The notes: a model not told the origin generated them from the sequence alone. A stretch of DNA of 64,000 nt from Candidatus Bathyarchaeia archaeon (GCA_050010515.1 JBEKKX010000002.1:1-64000), one strand, 5' to 3'; shown: positions 47,567 through 57,557, numbered from the stretch's first letter. Numbers and translations: made by a program.

Positions 47567-48253
47567 ATGGAAGGATACGGACCACAACTACCGCAAATAC
47601 CACAAATCCCACAAATGCCACAGATGCAAGATCCATCACAGCAAGCTCAGCAAGGCGGCTACGCTTGGATTCCAGGCGCCACTACAGTTGGCGTTGTCTT
47701 CTCAGACGGAGTACTCTTAGCTGCTGAAAAAAGAGTAACATACGGTTATTTCATTATGAGTAAAGGCGGAAAAAAAGTATTCAAAGTAACCGACCGAATC
47801 GGCGTTGCATGCGCAGGGCTTGTTGGAGACATGCAAATTCTCGCTAAAGAAATGGAAGCGCAAGCTAATCTTTTCAGCATGGACACTGGCAGAAAAATCA
47901 GCGTGCGCTCAGCAGCAAAACTTATGGCAAACGTCCTCTTCAACCGTCGATACGCACCATTAATTACTCAAACAATTGTCGGCGGTTTAGATGAAGAAGG
48001 CCCATCGCTTTTCGTGCTTGATGTTTTAGGCTCGCTTATACCTGATAAATACGCAGTAGTGGGTTCAGGCACAGAAATAGCCATAGGTGTTTTGGAAGAA
48101 GGCTACAAAGAAAGCATGAACGCAGAAGAAGCGAAAGAACTCGTGATGCGTTCTATAAAGTCAGCAATAAGCAGAGATTCAATGAGCGGCGACGGCATTG
48201 ACTTCCTTATTATAACTAAGGAAGGCGTAACTGAAGAAGCTGTAAAGTTTTAA
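47567..48253 (+). CDS. psmB: Proteasome beta subunit (Ala at the usual Thr1 position)
   Basis: GATTVG, AGLVGD.Q, GSG, RDSMSGDG; PQ-repeat N-terminal extension. Confidence 0.9.
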   Translation: MEGYGPQLPQIPQIPQMPQMQDPSQQAQQGGYAWIPGATTVGVVFSDGVLLAAEKRVTYGYFIMSKGGKKVFKVTDRIGVACAGLVGDMQILAKEMEAQANLFSMDTGRKISVRSAAKLMANVLFNRRYAPLITQTIVGGLDEEGPSLFVLDVLGSLIPDKYAVVGSGTEIAIGVLEEGYKESMNAEEAKELVMRSIKSAISRDSMSGDGIDFLIITKEGVTEEAVKF

Positions 48254-48333
48254 ACCAATTTTTCTTCAAATTTATCTTCAAAGGAAGGATTCAGCGGTGC
48301 CTACGCACATGTTAGTAAGGAAAGGGATGCGTT

Positions 48334-48957
48334 ATGTCGTTTGAACTAAGCTTAGAAGAAGGAAAATTCTTAATCCAACTCGCTCGAAGCGCAGTTAACG
48401 AAAAATTGGAGAAAGGCAAAACCATTCAACCTCCAAAAGAGACTCCCAAGAAACTTTTTGAGCAATGCGGCGTATTCGTAACTATAAGTAGTCTAAGGAA
48501 CGGGGAGAAGGAGCTTCGCGGCTGCATAGGTTACCCTTACCCGACAAGTCCGCTTGTTGAGGCAGTGATTGATTCTGCCATTAATGCTGCAACACAAGAC
48601 CCACGGTTTTATCCATTAACCTTAAAGGAATTGAGCAAAGTTGTTTTTGAAGTAAGCGTGCTAACGCCTCCAGCGCCTGTGGAAGTTAAGAATCCAAAGG
48701 AGTACTTGAGTAAAATTAAGGTTGGCGAAGACGGCTTAATTGTTGAAAGGGGCTTCTATCGGGGTTTGCTGTTGCCACAGGTACCTATTGAATGGGGCTG
48801 GTGTGAAGAAGAATTTCTTTGCCAATGCTGCGTCAAAGCAGGGCTTTCCCCGGACAGTTGGCTAACAAAAGACGCTAAAATATACAAGTTTAAAGCCATC
48901 ATTTTTGAGGAAGAAACGCCGCTGGGCGAAGTTAAACGTGTAAACCTTAGCAAATAG
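48334..48957 (+). CDS. AMMECR1/TIGR00296 family protein
   Basis: GVFVT, LRGCIG, DPRF, GLLLPQV. Confidence 0.92.
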   Translation: MSFELSLEEGKFLIQLARSAVNEKLEKGKTIQPPKETPKKLFEQCGVFVTISSLRNGEKELRGCIGYPYPTSPLVEAVIDSAINAATQDPRFYPLTLKELSKVVFEVSVLTPPAPVEVKNPKEYLSKIKVGEDGLIVERGFYRGLLLPQVPIEWGWCEEEFLCQCCVKAGLSPDSWLTKDAKIYKFKAIIFEEETPLGEVKRVNLSK

Positions 48958-48966
48958 CAATCGCCG

Positions 48967-50106
48967 TCAATCTAGTAGGGTTTCGATGATTGTAACTGCC
49001 CTGTCTAACCCTTTAAACTTGTTAGAAAACTCGTTGAGCGCCAACATGTTTCTGTCGAAGGATTCTTGCTCCTTTTCCATTTTCGCAACCGCCTTTTGTA
49101 ATTGGCCTTTGTTTTTAACGGTTATTGAGCAGTTTAAGTCTTGAAGTTTTGCAGCGTTGCCCAACTGTTCAGGTTGTGTTGGAATGCAAATGCTTGGTTT
49201 TGAATATTTGATGGTTTCAAAGCATGTTGCATGTCCACCGCTAAAGATTACGAATTTAGCGTTCTTCATACATTCCTGCCTCTCTTCTGCAGACAGCCAT
49301 GTGTGAAGTTCGCAGTTTCCAATTTTAGTGGTGACTTTTTTGCCTGGTGTTCCTAAGCTAATGACGCATTTAGTTTTGAGTTTTTCAAGGACTGGAAGGA
49401 GGATTTTCATTATTTTTGCTCTTGTGCCCGGGGGACCGCTTATGGGTGCAAAAATGTGTTCTTGCGAGCCTTTAGCGTGTGTTGTGTCAACGAAGCTTCC
49501 TATGAATTCAACTTTCCCGTTTAATCCCATATTATCCAAGTTTCCAATACTATACTCAGAGATAGTGTACGGTGGGGGATTATCTGGGATTATTATTTTT
49601 GAGCACCGCTTTACATATCTTTCAATCAGTCGTTCGCCTGGATTAAGAAAAGCAGAGAAGCCGTAGCTTGGCCTTATCATGTTAGCGATGTAAACTGAGG
49701 GAAACCCCCATTTCTGCGCAAGCCTAAGCGCGTTTATGTCACCATCGGCGATAAGAATGTCAGGCGCAATATCACGGATGTTTTCTCTAAGGTCATAGTA
49801 ACGATGTATAGTTTCCATTGTACTGGAATTTTTTATTTCAAACCTGTTTTTTTCGATGTTAAACAGTGGAAGAGGAAATAAAACGTTGATTAGCGAGGCA
49901 GAAGTGATTATGCCATAGGAGTTCTCATACCAAGATACCGGTGTGCATTTGTAAACATTTCTAAATTCTTTCTGCAGCATCTGGTAAGCTTTGCCGCCTG
50001 AGAAAAAGAACAATTCATGACCGTTTTTCTCCAGTTTCTTCCCTAAGGGTATGATACGGGAAACATGGCCTAAGCCAAGCTCTGAGCAGCTTAACAGCAA
50101 TCGCAT
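48967..50106 (-). CDS. GT-B glycosyltransferase (GT28/MJ1255-like)
   Basis: GLGHVSR, SGGH.T..E, PEQLGNA. Confidence 0.85.
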   Translation of the reverse strand: MRLLLSCSELGLGHVSRIIPLGKKLEKNGHELFFFSGGKAYQMLQKEFRNVYKCTPVSWYENSYGIITSASLINVLFPLPLFNIEKNRFEIKNSSTMETIHRYYDLRENIRDIAPDILIADGDINALRLAQKWGFPSVYIANMIRPSYGFSAFLNPGERLIERYVKRCSKIIIPDNPPPYTISEYSIGNLDNMGLNGKVEFIGSFVDTTHAKGSQEHIFAPISGPPGTRAKIMKILLPVLEKLKTKCVISLGTPGKKVTTKIGNCELHTWLSAEERQECMKNAKFVIFSGGHATCFETIKYSKPSICIPTQPEQLGNAAKLQDLNCSITVKNKGQLQKAVAKMEKEQESFDRNMLALNEFSNKFKGLDRAVTIIETLLD

Positions 50107-50201
50107 ATGAACACAAGATACGTCGGCGATTTATTTTAACTATGCCGTATTCTGCTTGAAAAAAGCAAGCAATTTAAGGTTTAACCGCAACATTACAAGG
50201 T

Positions 50202-51056
50202 ATGTTTGTTCCACGAAAAATTCTGGAAGAGAAGCTAAGGCAAATACTCGCGGAAGACATCGGGCAAGGCGACGTAACAGCCCAAGCAATTATTCCTTCA
50301 AACTTAAAGGTAAAGGCAATAGTTATTGCTAAAGAAGAAGGCATAGCGGCTGGAATAGAAGAAACAATCATTCTCGCTGAATATTTAGGATTAAAAGTTA
50401 AAGCTAAAGTTGTTGACGGGGAAAAAATAAAGAATAAACAAGTATTAATGGAAATTTCAGGAGATGCCCAAACCATTCTCTCGGCTGAGAGAACCATGCT
50501 AAATCTTCTTTCACGAATGAGCGGCATCGCAACCGCCACACGAACGTTAACAACAAAACTTGAAAAAGCAGGTTCTAAAGCAAAAATCGCTGCGACACGT
50601 AAATCGGCGCCTGGATTGCTTTATTTTGATAAAAAAGCAGTAACCATAGGAAGCGGAGATCCACATAGGCTTCACTTGGATGATATGATTTTGATTAAAG
50701 ACAATCATCTAGTAATAGTCGGAAGCGTTGAGGATGCGGTTAAAAAAGCAAAAGCGAACGCTTCTTTTAGCAAAAAAATTGAGGTGGAAGTTACAAAAGC
50801 TGAGGATGCAATGCAGGCGGCTAAGGCAGGAGCAGATATTATAATGCTTGATAATTTTTCGCCTAAACAGGCTAAGGATGCAGGCGAAATGTTAAAGAAA
50901 GCCGGGTTTGCCAATGTGCTTTTGGAAGTAAGCGGTAAAATTACAGGCAAGAACCTTTTGGAGTACGCGGCAGCGCAAGTTGACATTATAAGCATAGGAG
51001 AGCTGACTCATAGCGTTAAAGCATTAGATATAAGTTTAGAGGTTGAGAGATATTAG
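50202..51056 (+). CDS. nadC: Quinolinate phosphoribosyltransferase
   Basis: EDIGQGDVT, ATRK, HRLHLDD..LIKDNH, IMLDN. Confidence 0.93.
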   Translation: MFVPRKILEEKLRQILAEDIGQGDVTAQAIIPSNLKVKAIVIAKEEGIAAGIEETIILAEYLGLKVKAKVVDGEKIKNKQVLMEISGDAQTILSAERTMLNLLSRMSGIATATRTLTTKLEKAGSKAKIAATRKSAPGLLYFDKKAVTIGSGDPHRLHLDDMILIKDNHLVIVGSVEDAVKKAKANASFSKKIEVEVTKAEDAMQAAKAGADIIMLDNFSPKQAKDAGEMLKKAGFANVLLEVSGKITGKNLLEYAAAQVDIISIGELTHSVKALDISLEVERY

Positions 51057-51587
51057 CCATACTTCTATTATTGCGCTTACAATAAGTATGGCAGCGCAGA
51101 TTCCTATTAGTATTGCAGTGTTTTTTAGTTCAAGCCATCGCCGTTGCATTAGTCTGCGGGTCAGCCAAATGCCTTCTGCTATTGCAGTTGAATAGGCAGT
51201 GAATTCTAGCCAGAACACGGGTGTTAACACTAAGCTTAGCAGTTCTATCCATACGGGATAGCCTTGTACGGAAGCTATAGCCCCAAGTGCAAGGCCAGTA
51301 TTACCCAGTATTATAAATCCTATTATAGGCCCAATTAAAGGAACAAACATTACCAAACAGATTGAGAAATTATTGATGAAAACATATTCTGTTAAGCTGC
51401 CATTGGACTTATGCGTATTAAGAGTCGCGTTTAAACCGTTACTTATTGACGTTGCGTCTTGATGGCTAAGAGGTATATAGCTTCCGATAACCGTGACTAT
51501 GAATGCAAGTATGAAAATTATTATGATTGAGTAGATTCTTTTGCGTTTTGATGAAGCATTCGTCCAAAAGGACAAATCAAGTTTCAT
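51036..51587 (-). CDS. SpoIIM-like membrane protein
   Basis: VFINNF, WLEF, SAIIEV; multiple TM segments. Confidence 0.8.
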   Translation of the reverse strand: MKLDLSFWTNASSKRKRIYSIIIIFILAFIVTVIGSYIPLSHQDATSISNGLNATLNTHKSNGSLTEYVFINNFSICLVMFVPLIGPIIGFIILGNTGLALGAIASVQGYPVWIELLSLVLTPVFWLEFTAYSTAIAEGIWLTRRLMQRRWLELKNTAILIGICAAILIVSAIIEVWLISLNL

Positions 51588-51598
51588 TGTATGCCTTC

Positions 51599-52291
51599 TT
51601 AGTTTGTGAGTTTAATTTTTAAGGTGCGGAATCCTCGTGCACAAGGGTTTAGCGTTTCTAATAATTTAACCTTTGTTAAAACTCTTTCAACATCAACGGC
51701 GTAGCCGCGTACATCATGCTCAGCCGCTATAAGCGAGTGAAGGTACACGCGGTCTTCTTGCACTATTGGTTGACACATTAAAGGTAAACCTAGCAAAACA
51801 GGCTCTTTTTGGTCTACCGCTTTTTTGCAAGCAAACAGAATTGCTTCTGCACCAGCCGTTAACTCTGCGATACGGACAGGAACACTTTCTTTACCAATAG
51901 CCAACACGTCCACATCATGGATCCGTTTGATTTCGCCAGCAATTTTCCGTAGTCTAGGCAAAATCTTCAAAATGTTTTGTCGCCCTGTTCTAGATGTGCG
52001 CAAGTTTGAAAGCTCAACTGGTGATAGCTCCTCAATGGAGACTCCGCCAAGCGACAGATCCAAATGCACAACATCAGCCTTCATTTTATCAAGCAAGCTT
52101 CTGCAAAGCTCAGCCTCATGCACTATCACTTCAAAGCCGCTTTCAACTTCTCTAAAAATTGGTTCAGCCAACCTGAAAGATGGCTCCCTGTACGGTGAAT
52201 TAACCAACACTGAAACAGATGCGACAAGGTACAGTGGCTTAAACTGCGGGTCTAATATTGCTGCTGCAGAATCCGCCGATATAACTCTCAA
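51599..52291 (-). CDS. DUF4152-like RNase H-fold protein
   Basis: ISADS.AAIL, DVVHLD, AIGKESVPVRIAEL. Confidence 0.75.
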   Translation of the reverse strand: MRVISADSAAAILDPQFKPLYLVASVSVLVNSPYREPSFRLAEPIFREVESGFEVIVHEAELCRSLLDKMKADVVHLDLSLGGVSIEELSPVELSNLRTSRTGRQNILKILPRLRKIAGEIKRIHDVDVLAIGKESVPVRIAELTAGAEAILFACKKAVDQKEPVLLGLPLMCQPIVQEDRVYLHSLIAAEHDVRGYAVDVERVLTKVKLLETLNPCARGFRTLKIKLTN

Positions 52292-52330
52292 GTCTTACAC
52301 CTAACAATAATAGTAGTTAAGCAGAAGAAA

Positions 52331-52972
52331 TTAGGTTTCCTGTTCACAGTTGCCCTTCGATTTTAAGCCTGTGGCTAAAAGGTACATTTCAGAGCTTTTA
52401 GCTCGGCTTGCCTGAGGCTTCACTATCTTAACTGTTTCAAAAAGATTCTTTGCTGTTTGGATAAAATCGTTGAGCAAGTTACCTTCAAAAACCTTAACAA
52501 AAAAGTTCCCTTTGGGCTTAAGTAGGCATTGAGCTATTTCTAATGCTTTAGTTGCTAAGTCAATTTGTCTTGCGTGGTCAACTTCCCAAACGCCAGTGAT
52601 GTTTGGTGCAGCATCAGAAATTACTGCGTCCGCTTCGCGAGGCAGAAACGAGCGTATTTCCTCGACTATGCCTGGCTCAGTGAAGTCTGCAATTATTGTT
52701 CGAATGTATTCCTGCGTGAAGGGTTCGATTGGTTTTAAATCAACGCCCAGAACAAAACCGTTTTTTCCAGTCATTTTTCTTGCTGCTTGAATCCATCCTC
52801 CTGGCGCAGCGCCTAAATCCACTACTACGTCGTCTCTTTGTATGAAACCATATTTCGCGTTGGCTTGAACTAGCTTGTATGTGGCTCTGGAGCGGTAGTT
52901 TTCTTCTTTGGCTTTTTTGTAGTAGTATTCCCGTTTTCTATCTTGGATCCAAGCTTTCGGCAAGTGAATCAT
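52331..52972 (-). CDS. rlmE: 23S rRNA methyltransferase RlmE/FtsJ
   Basis: YRSRATYKL, DLGAAPGGW, SDAAP, ASRAKSSEMY. Confidence 0.93.
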   Translation of the reverse strand: MIHLPKAWIQDRKREYYYKKAKEENYRSRATYKLVQANAKYGFIQRDDVVVDLGAAPGGWIQAARKMTGKNGFVLGVDLKPIEPFTQEYIRTIIADFTEPGIVEEIRSFLPREADAVISDAAPNITGVWEVDHARQIDLATKALEIAQCLLKPKGNFFVKVFEGNLLNDFIQTAKNLFETVKIVKPQASRAKSSEMYLLATGLKSKGNCEQET

Positions 52973-53366
52973 CCTCTTGTGTGCTTGGCGCGCTTGGACC
53001 CGCAGTAGTTGTGGCTTCTTTTCCTAAGCCGAGTATCCAATCTGTAAGTTTTGGGCAGCTTTTAGGTGAAAGTGCAGTTGTTGGGTCACACCTTTCATTG
53101 TCTGGGCAGAGTAAGCATGGGCAGTCAACGATGGTTTCTATCGATGCTGGAAGCCTTTTTGGGTAAAGCCTATATGTCCATCTGCCTTCTTGCAGTTCTT
53201 TTTCTCTGCGGATTAGGCCTTTTTCTTCTAGTTTAATGGAGACACGTGAGCCTTCTCGGCTGCTTGCGCCTAGTTCACGCCATAAATCGGATTGAAGCAC
53301 ACCTTGATAGCCTGTGTTTACTACATAATGGAGTGCTTTCTGTTCAAGGTCATTACGTTTAGGCAT
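52938..53366 (-). CDS. TFEbeta / RPC34-like transcription factor (wHTH plus 4-Cys Fe-S domain)
   Basis: GVLQSDLWREL..KLEEKGLIRRE..TYRL; PCLLCP...C...P..CPKLTDW. Confidence 0.8.
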   Translation of the reverse strand: MPKRNDLEQKALHYVVNTGYQGVLQSDLWRELGASSREGSRVSIKLEEKGLIRREKELQEGRWTYRLYPKRLPASIETIVDCPCLLCPDNERCDPTTALSPKSCPKLTDWILGLGKEATTTAGPSAPSTQEDDSLAESLDPR

Positions 53367-53412
53367 CTGATATCAATCCAAATAATGCAATTAGAATATA
53401 AGCGTTGAATCC

Positions 53413-53451
53413 AGATAAAAATATGTTTCCGTAGCTGTAGCTGTAGATAAT
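53413..53451. repeat. attL-like site AGATAA-AAATAT-GTTTCCGTAGCTGTAGCTGTAGATAAT
   Basis: Inner 27 bp are an inverted repeat (20/27) of 58522-58548. Confidence 0.7.
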
Positions 53452-53506
53452 ACATCAATTGACCCAGAATTCATAAAGCCTTTAACTTTTGAGGGGGGAA
53501 TAAAGG

Positions 53507-54742
53507 ATGAGTGACTTTACGGAAGCAAATGAAGAGTGGATTCTAAAATTCGAATCTGGAAAAAATTGGATTCCTAAACTGCCAAGCCGACATACAAAAC
53601 GCATTTTCATAAGAGCCTTACAGAAATACTGCCAAGCTGTCAAACAAAACCCAGATGAGCTAATCAACCTTAAAATCGAAGGCTTGAAAGCTGTAGCAAC
53701 AGAAAAGGAATTCGGAGCGGAACGACAGCTTGAAACCTACCTTAGAAACTCAGGTATGACTGACAGCGTTAAAGCTGAATCCAAGAATGCCATTATCAGC
53801 TTTTATAAACATAATTGGAGAAACCTTAACCCCAACGTTGCAAGCGATATAGAACCCCCAGAAGCTAAGAAGAGAACCCCGACAATAGAGGATATACAAG
53901 CCCTCGATGCTAACATGACTACTTCACGGGATAAAGCGTTAGTTTGGTTTTTCCCCTCAACTGCCGTAAGAATTGAAACTTTAACTAAACTGACTAAAAG
54001 AGACCTAAAGCCGACAGGTGACAGCGAAGTTCCCTATTACATGGAAATTGAAAGCGCGAGATTAAAAGGCTCTGGAATTGGAAAATATAAAGGCATAAAG
54101 CAAATAACTTTCGTTCATAAGTTGGCATGGCAGAGATTAGAAGATTATTTTGCAGAAGCTAAACGCAAAGGCTACAACTTAACCGATAGTTCGCCGTTGT
54201 TTATTGCATACAAAGGGCACTTCAGCAAAGAAGAAAAGAAATTAGCAGTTAAACCTAAAAGAATCCGAGTCATGACTCAGGGAGCAATCAATCAAGTGTA
54301 TGATAATGGGTCACTCTCCGCATGGAAAGATTTGGAACAGAAACGCTTTTCGCCTCATGATTTCAGAGATTTCCTTGAATCATCCCTTGAAAGTGCGGGA
54401 ATAGACAAAAATCTCAGAGACCCTATGATGGCGCACAAGGTCAGGGGAGTAGATAAGCACTATTCAAGCCATGAAATTTTGGAAATGAAAGATAAATACA
54501 AAACCGCATTGCCTTATCTGTTACCTCAATCTGTGGAGAAACTCAAAGCTGAAGCTGACAAAGTGAAAGAGGAAAATGAGAAAAGAATTAAATTTCTTGA
54601 ACAGCGACTTCTTGATAACGGTTTAAGTATCAATAAGATGCTCACAGACTTTAACCAGTTGAAAGCAACTTTTGAGGAACTGCAAAAACTGAAAGAGGAA
54701 GAGGAACGCAACAAACCAGAAAAGAAAAAGGTATGGGATTGA
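53507..54742 (+). CDS. Tyrosine recombinase/integrase (element B)
   Basis: RDKALV..STAVRIE (R), RLKG (K), PHDFR (HxxR), MAH...KHY (H, Y). Confidence 0.92.
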   Translation: MSDFTEANEEWILKFESGKNWIPKLPSRHTKRIFIRALQKYCQAVKQNPDELINLKIEGLKAVATEKEFGAERQLETYLRNSGMTDSVKAESKNAIISFYKHNWRNLNPNVASDIEPPEAKKRTPTIEDIQALDANMTTSRDKALVWFFPSTAVRIETLTKLTKRDLKPTGDSEVPYYMEIESARLKGSGIGKYKGIKQITFVHKLAWQRLEDYFAEAKRKGYNLTDSSPLFIAYKGHFSKEEKKLAVKPKRIRVMTQGAINQVYDNGSLSAWKDLEQKRFSPHDFRDFLESSLESAGIDKNLRDPMMAHKVRGVDKHYSSHEILEMKDKYKTALPYLLPQSVEKLKAEADKVKEENEKRIKFLEQRLLDNGLSINKMLTDFNQLKATFEELQKLKEEEERNKPEKKKVWD

Positions 54743-54750
54743 CTAAACCC

Positions 54751-54780
54751 CTTTTTCCTCTTTTCTTTCTCTTCTTTTCT
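54751..54780 (+). terminator. Pyrimidine/T-rich archaeal terminator after integrase B
   Basis: CTTTTTCCTCTTTTCTTTCTCTTCTTTTCT. Confidence 0.55.
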
Positions 54781-55218
54781 ATGTTTTTCGAATTAAACAG
54801 TAGCTTAAAAAGCCATAAACCGACAAAAAGTCAAAAACGTACAAGGGTAGTAGGGCATAATCCCAGCCTAAAATTTTTAATGGAAAATTATTTAAACGAC
54901 TTATAGCAATGCAACAATCATGATAAGCATTATTGAAAATATGCTTGTAACATTGAGAGATAGAGAACTTGAACTTGCAACCCAAGAATATGCTAAACGA
55001 TGCGATAAATTCACAGTTGAAACAAACGGCTTACTTCATCGTCATATTTCAGGCGTTTGCATTGTCCCCCATGTAGAAGTATCATCGAATAAAATTGCAT
55101 TACAAGGCAAATACCTCTAAATATGCAGTCATTTATGGGTTAGTTTTATCTTTTCCATATGGCAAATCAGGTTCTTAATTCTTAATCGAAGCTATACAGA
55201 TTTAAGATTGAGGGGTGA

Positions 55219-55470
55219 AGACCATTTAGAGGAATAGATGTAATAAATATTAACTCAGTTAACTTAAAATGCAGAGAATGTGGAAAAAACGCGAAATGGA
55301 TAGTTATAGACCAAAGGTACGGCGTAGACCTCAAAGAAGTCGCCGCCGCCGCAACAAAAGGAGTAATAGCCCCCCCGTACAACCAATACTTTTACCCTCT
55401 TTGTGAAGAACATTTTAACTTCTTAAAAGAAAGTAAACCTTCCATGCATATGGATTATTATTATATTTAG
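55219..55470 (+). CDS. CxxC...CxxH Zn-finger ORF lacking a canonical start (missed by ORF track)
   Basis: LKCRECGKNAKW...YPLCEEHF; possible ATA start 55243 after GAGGA. Confidence 0.4.
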   Translation, partial: RPFRGIDVININSVNLKCRECGKNAKWIVIDQRYGVDLKEVAAAATKGVIAPPYNQYFYPLCEEHFNFLKESKPSMHMDYYYI

Positions 55471-55537
55471 GCTCAAATCCTAATTAAACAACTGATTAAT
55501 TAAGCCAAATTGCCAAAAAAAAGAATGTTGTTGGTTG

Positions 55538-56065
55538 CTATTGAACTACAATAGTCACCAAATTACTGCTATACGTATTTCCATTGGCATCGGTAATAGT
55601 GCAATAGCCCTGATAAACTCCATTTCCAGCATTTTCATATAGGTCATTCCCATCTTCAAATTGATAGGTGACTGTATTCGTATTAGGAAAATTAGGGTAG
55701 GAAGGGTTGAGTTGGCTTGGTGACATGTTATAGACGTTTTCTTGTCCATAACTGTAAGTGCCTGTATGGAATTCTATGCTCTGAACAGGAGAAACATCTG
55801 ATACTTGCAGAGTAAATTGAGCAGTTAAGGCTATTCCATTTCCTTGCGGTATTGTCACCGTTTGAGTGTCAGGTGTTAACGTAACAGTTGGAGAACTATT
55901 AGCGTTTGAATTTCCAGAATTGCCTACGTTATTTGCATTATTTGAATTATGTGATGACCTATCTAAAATTAGCACTCCTACCAATGAAACAGCTAATATT
56001 ACTATTATCACGACTGCCAAAATCATATATTTATTAATTCTTTTAGTTGATAATGGTTGAGCCAA
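55538..56065 (-). CDS. Membrane-anchored extracellular beta-rich protein
   Basis: N-terminal TM, N/S-rich linker, Ig-like C-terminus (YCTITDANG..SNLVTIVV). Confidence 0.75.
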   Translation of the reverse strand: MAQPLSTKRINKYMILAVVIIVILAVSLVGVLILDRSSHNSNNANNVGNSGNSNANSSPTVTLTPDTQTVTIPQGNGIALTAQFTLQVSDVSPVQSIEFHTGTYSYGQENVYNMSPSQLNPSYPNFPNTNTVTYQFEDGNDLYENAGNGVYQGYCTITDANGNTYSSNLVTIVVQ

Positions 56066-56175
56066 TTGTATAACCTCTTACCGTATGCACTATGCCTTTC
56101 TTTCAGCTTATAAGTTTTGGTTCTGGTAACTTCACGTCATACGGTTTTTTCTGTTAACTGCCGTCTGAGACAGCT

Positions 56176-56505
56176 TCAAACGGTAGGATTTTTAGGTCTG
56201 ATGTCTGCGCCACATTTAGGACAGAAACTATTATCAGCGTCAATCCGACTGTTGCATTTTGGACATATAGCTAAGACTTTTTGGGTAGATTGGGATTGGG
56301 GATAAACTATGGTGGGCGCTTGAGCTTGAGGTGGATAATTGTATATGACTTGTTTTGGATGAGGTGATGTAACCAAACCAACTATAAGCATGATAAATCC
56401 AATAAATCCGCAAAGTGCGGCAAATGGAATTAATATTATTGTTAGGAATAGAAAAATGCCAACAAACATTAGAAAAAGTCCACCAATGATTAGCCCAGCT
56501 CTCAA
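56176..56505 (-). CDS. Two-TM protein with C-terminal Zn ribbon
   Basis: Hydrophobic hairpin; CPKCNSRIDADNSFCPKCG. Confidence 0.8.
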   Translation of the reverse strand: MRAGLIIGGLFLMFVGIFLFLTIILIPFAALCGFIGFIMLIVGLVTSPHPKQVIYNYPPQAQAPTIVYPQSQSTQKVLAICPKCNSRIDADNSFCPKCGADIRPKNPTV

Positions 56506-56587
56506 ACTGATTCCCTCAGTTTGCTTTATGTGGACATTTTAAATATAAAACTTGTCATGGATATTACTTCTGATTAAAAAAGAGGGG

Positions 56588-57307
56588 TTAAGGGTTCGGT
56601 TGCTGTTGCTGTGGTTCCGTCTTAGCTTTAATAGGTATCACGTAATGCCCTTCTCGTCTTTCATTAACAACGTATCTACCATTAAGACCCCTCATTTTCT
56701 GACCAATTTCGGCAAATTTGGAAGGGTCAAGCATTCGGTTTGGTTTAGCAATAATCAACTTAGCCTTACTGTCTATTGAAATGTCGAGCAGATTCTTAAT
56801 TTCTTCCAACTGTATGAGCGTAGGCTCGGCTAACTGTTTAAGATTTGCCTCTTCTTCTTTCGCTTGTTTTTCAGCTTCCACTTTCGCTTTTTCAGTTTCA
56901 ACCTTCTCTTCTAACGGTTTGTTTTGAGTGTTATAGGCTCGGATTCTCACCACTTCACACGGGTCTTTATTTGGAAAAGCTGTAGCCATTTCTTCCGCTT
57001 CTTCAGATGGTCTGCCGAGAAGAACGTATTGTTTTACGAGTTCATTATGAACATCCTTCTTTTTCTGAGCTTTAAGCGCGTCTTGTTCTGCTTTCGTCAT
57101 AGACCATTTTTTATATAACCTATCAAAAATTGCTTGTCCGTCCTTGCCTTGTTTATTCCAGAAAGCTATAAATTCGTCTTTGTGTTTCTCCATGAACTCT
57201 TTAACTAAAAAAGTAGCACTACCATAACCGCTGGGGTCAATTATTGAATCAAAACCTTCCCCTAACTCAGTTTCGAGAAATGTCGAAATACTGTGATTAT
57301 TAGCCAT
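56588..57307 (-). CDS. Element B protein with C-terminal domain homologous to host ORF 29806..30204
   Basis: IIAKPNRMLDPSKFAEIGQKMRGLNGRYV...GHYVIP. Confidence 0.75.
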   Translation of the reverse strand: MANNHSISTFLETELGEGFDSIIDPSGYGSATFLVKEFMEKHKDEFIAFWNKQGKDGQAIFDRLYKKWSMTKAEQDALKAQKKKDVHNELVKQYVLLGRPSEEAEEMATAFPNKDPCEVVRIRAYNTQNKPLEEKVETEKAKVEAEKQAKEEEANLKQLAEPTLIQLEEIKNLLDISIDSKAKLIIAKPNRMLDPSKFAEIGQKMRGLNGRYVVNERREGHYVIPIKAKTEPQQQQPNP

Positions 57308-57411
57308 GATTTTTTCACTTCCATTTTACTTATCTGAATACATACGATACACGACCCACATATAAACTTTTGGCAAGAAACAACATCTTCATTTAAACTT
57401 TTCCAAGCCAA

Positions 57412-57497
57412 TTAATCAACTGATTAAATGAAATAGACAGCAAAATGTCAACGCCTCATCCATGCCAAAAAACACAGAAATTTAACCAACTGATTAA
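57412..57497. repeat. Pair of 16-bp palindromes TTAATCAACTGATTAA and TTAACCAACTGATTAA
   Basis: Same motif as at 64-79, 157-172 and 55484-55499. Confidence 0.85.
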
Positions 57498-57509
57498 AAA
57501 AAGCCCAAA

Positions 57510-57557
57510 AACGTCCGAACATGTGAACGTCCGAGCATATGAACGTTTTTTCATATG
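57510..57557 (+). repeat. Three tandem 16-bp iteron-like repeats
   Basis: AACGTCCGAACATGTG / AACGTCCGAGCATATG / AACGTTTTTTCATATG. Confidence 0.7.

Noticed and set aside
57510-57557. CRISPR or mini-array
   Set aside because: Repeats are 16 bp and contiguous without spacers; no cas genes and no repeat-spacer array seen in the window
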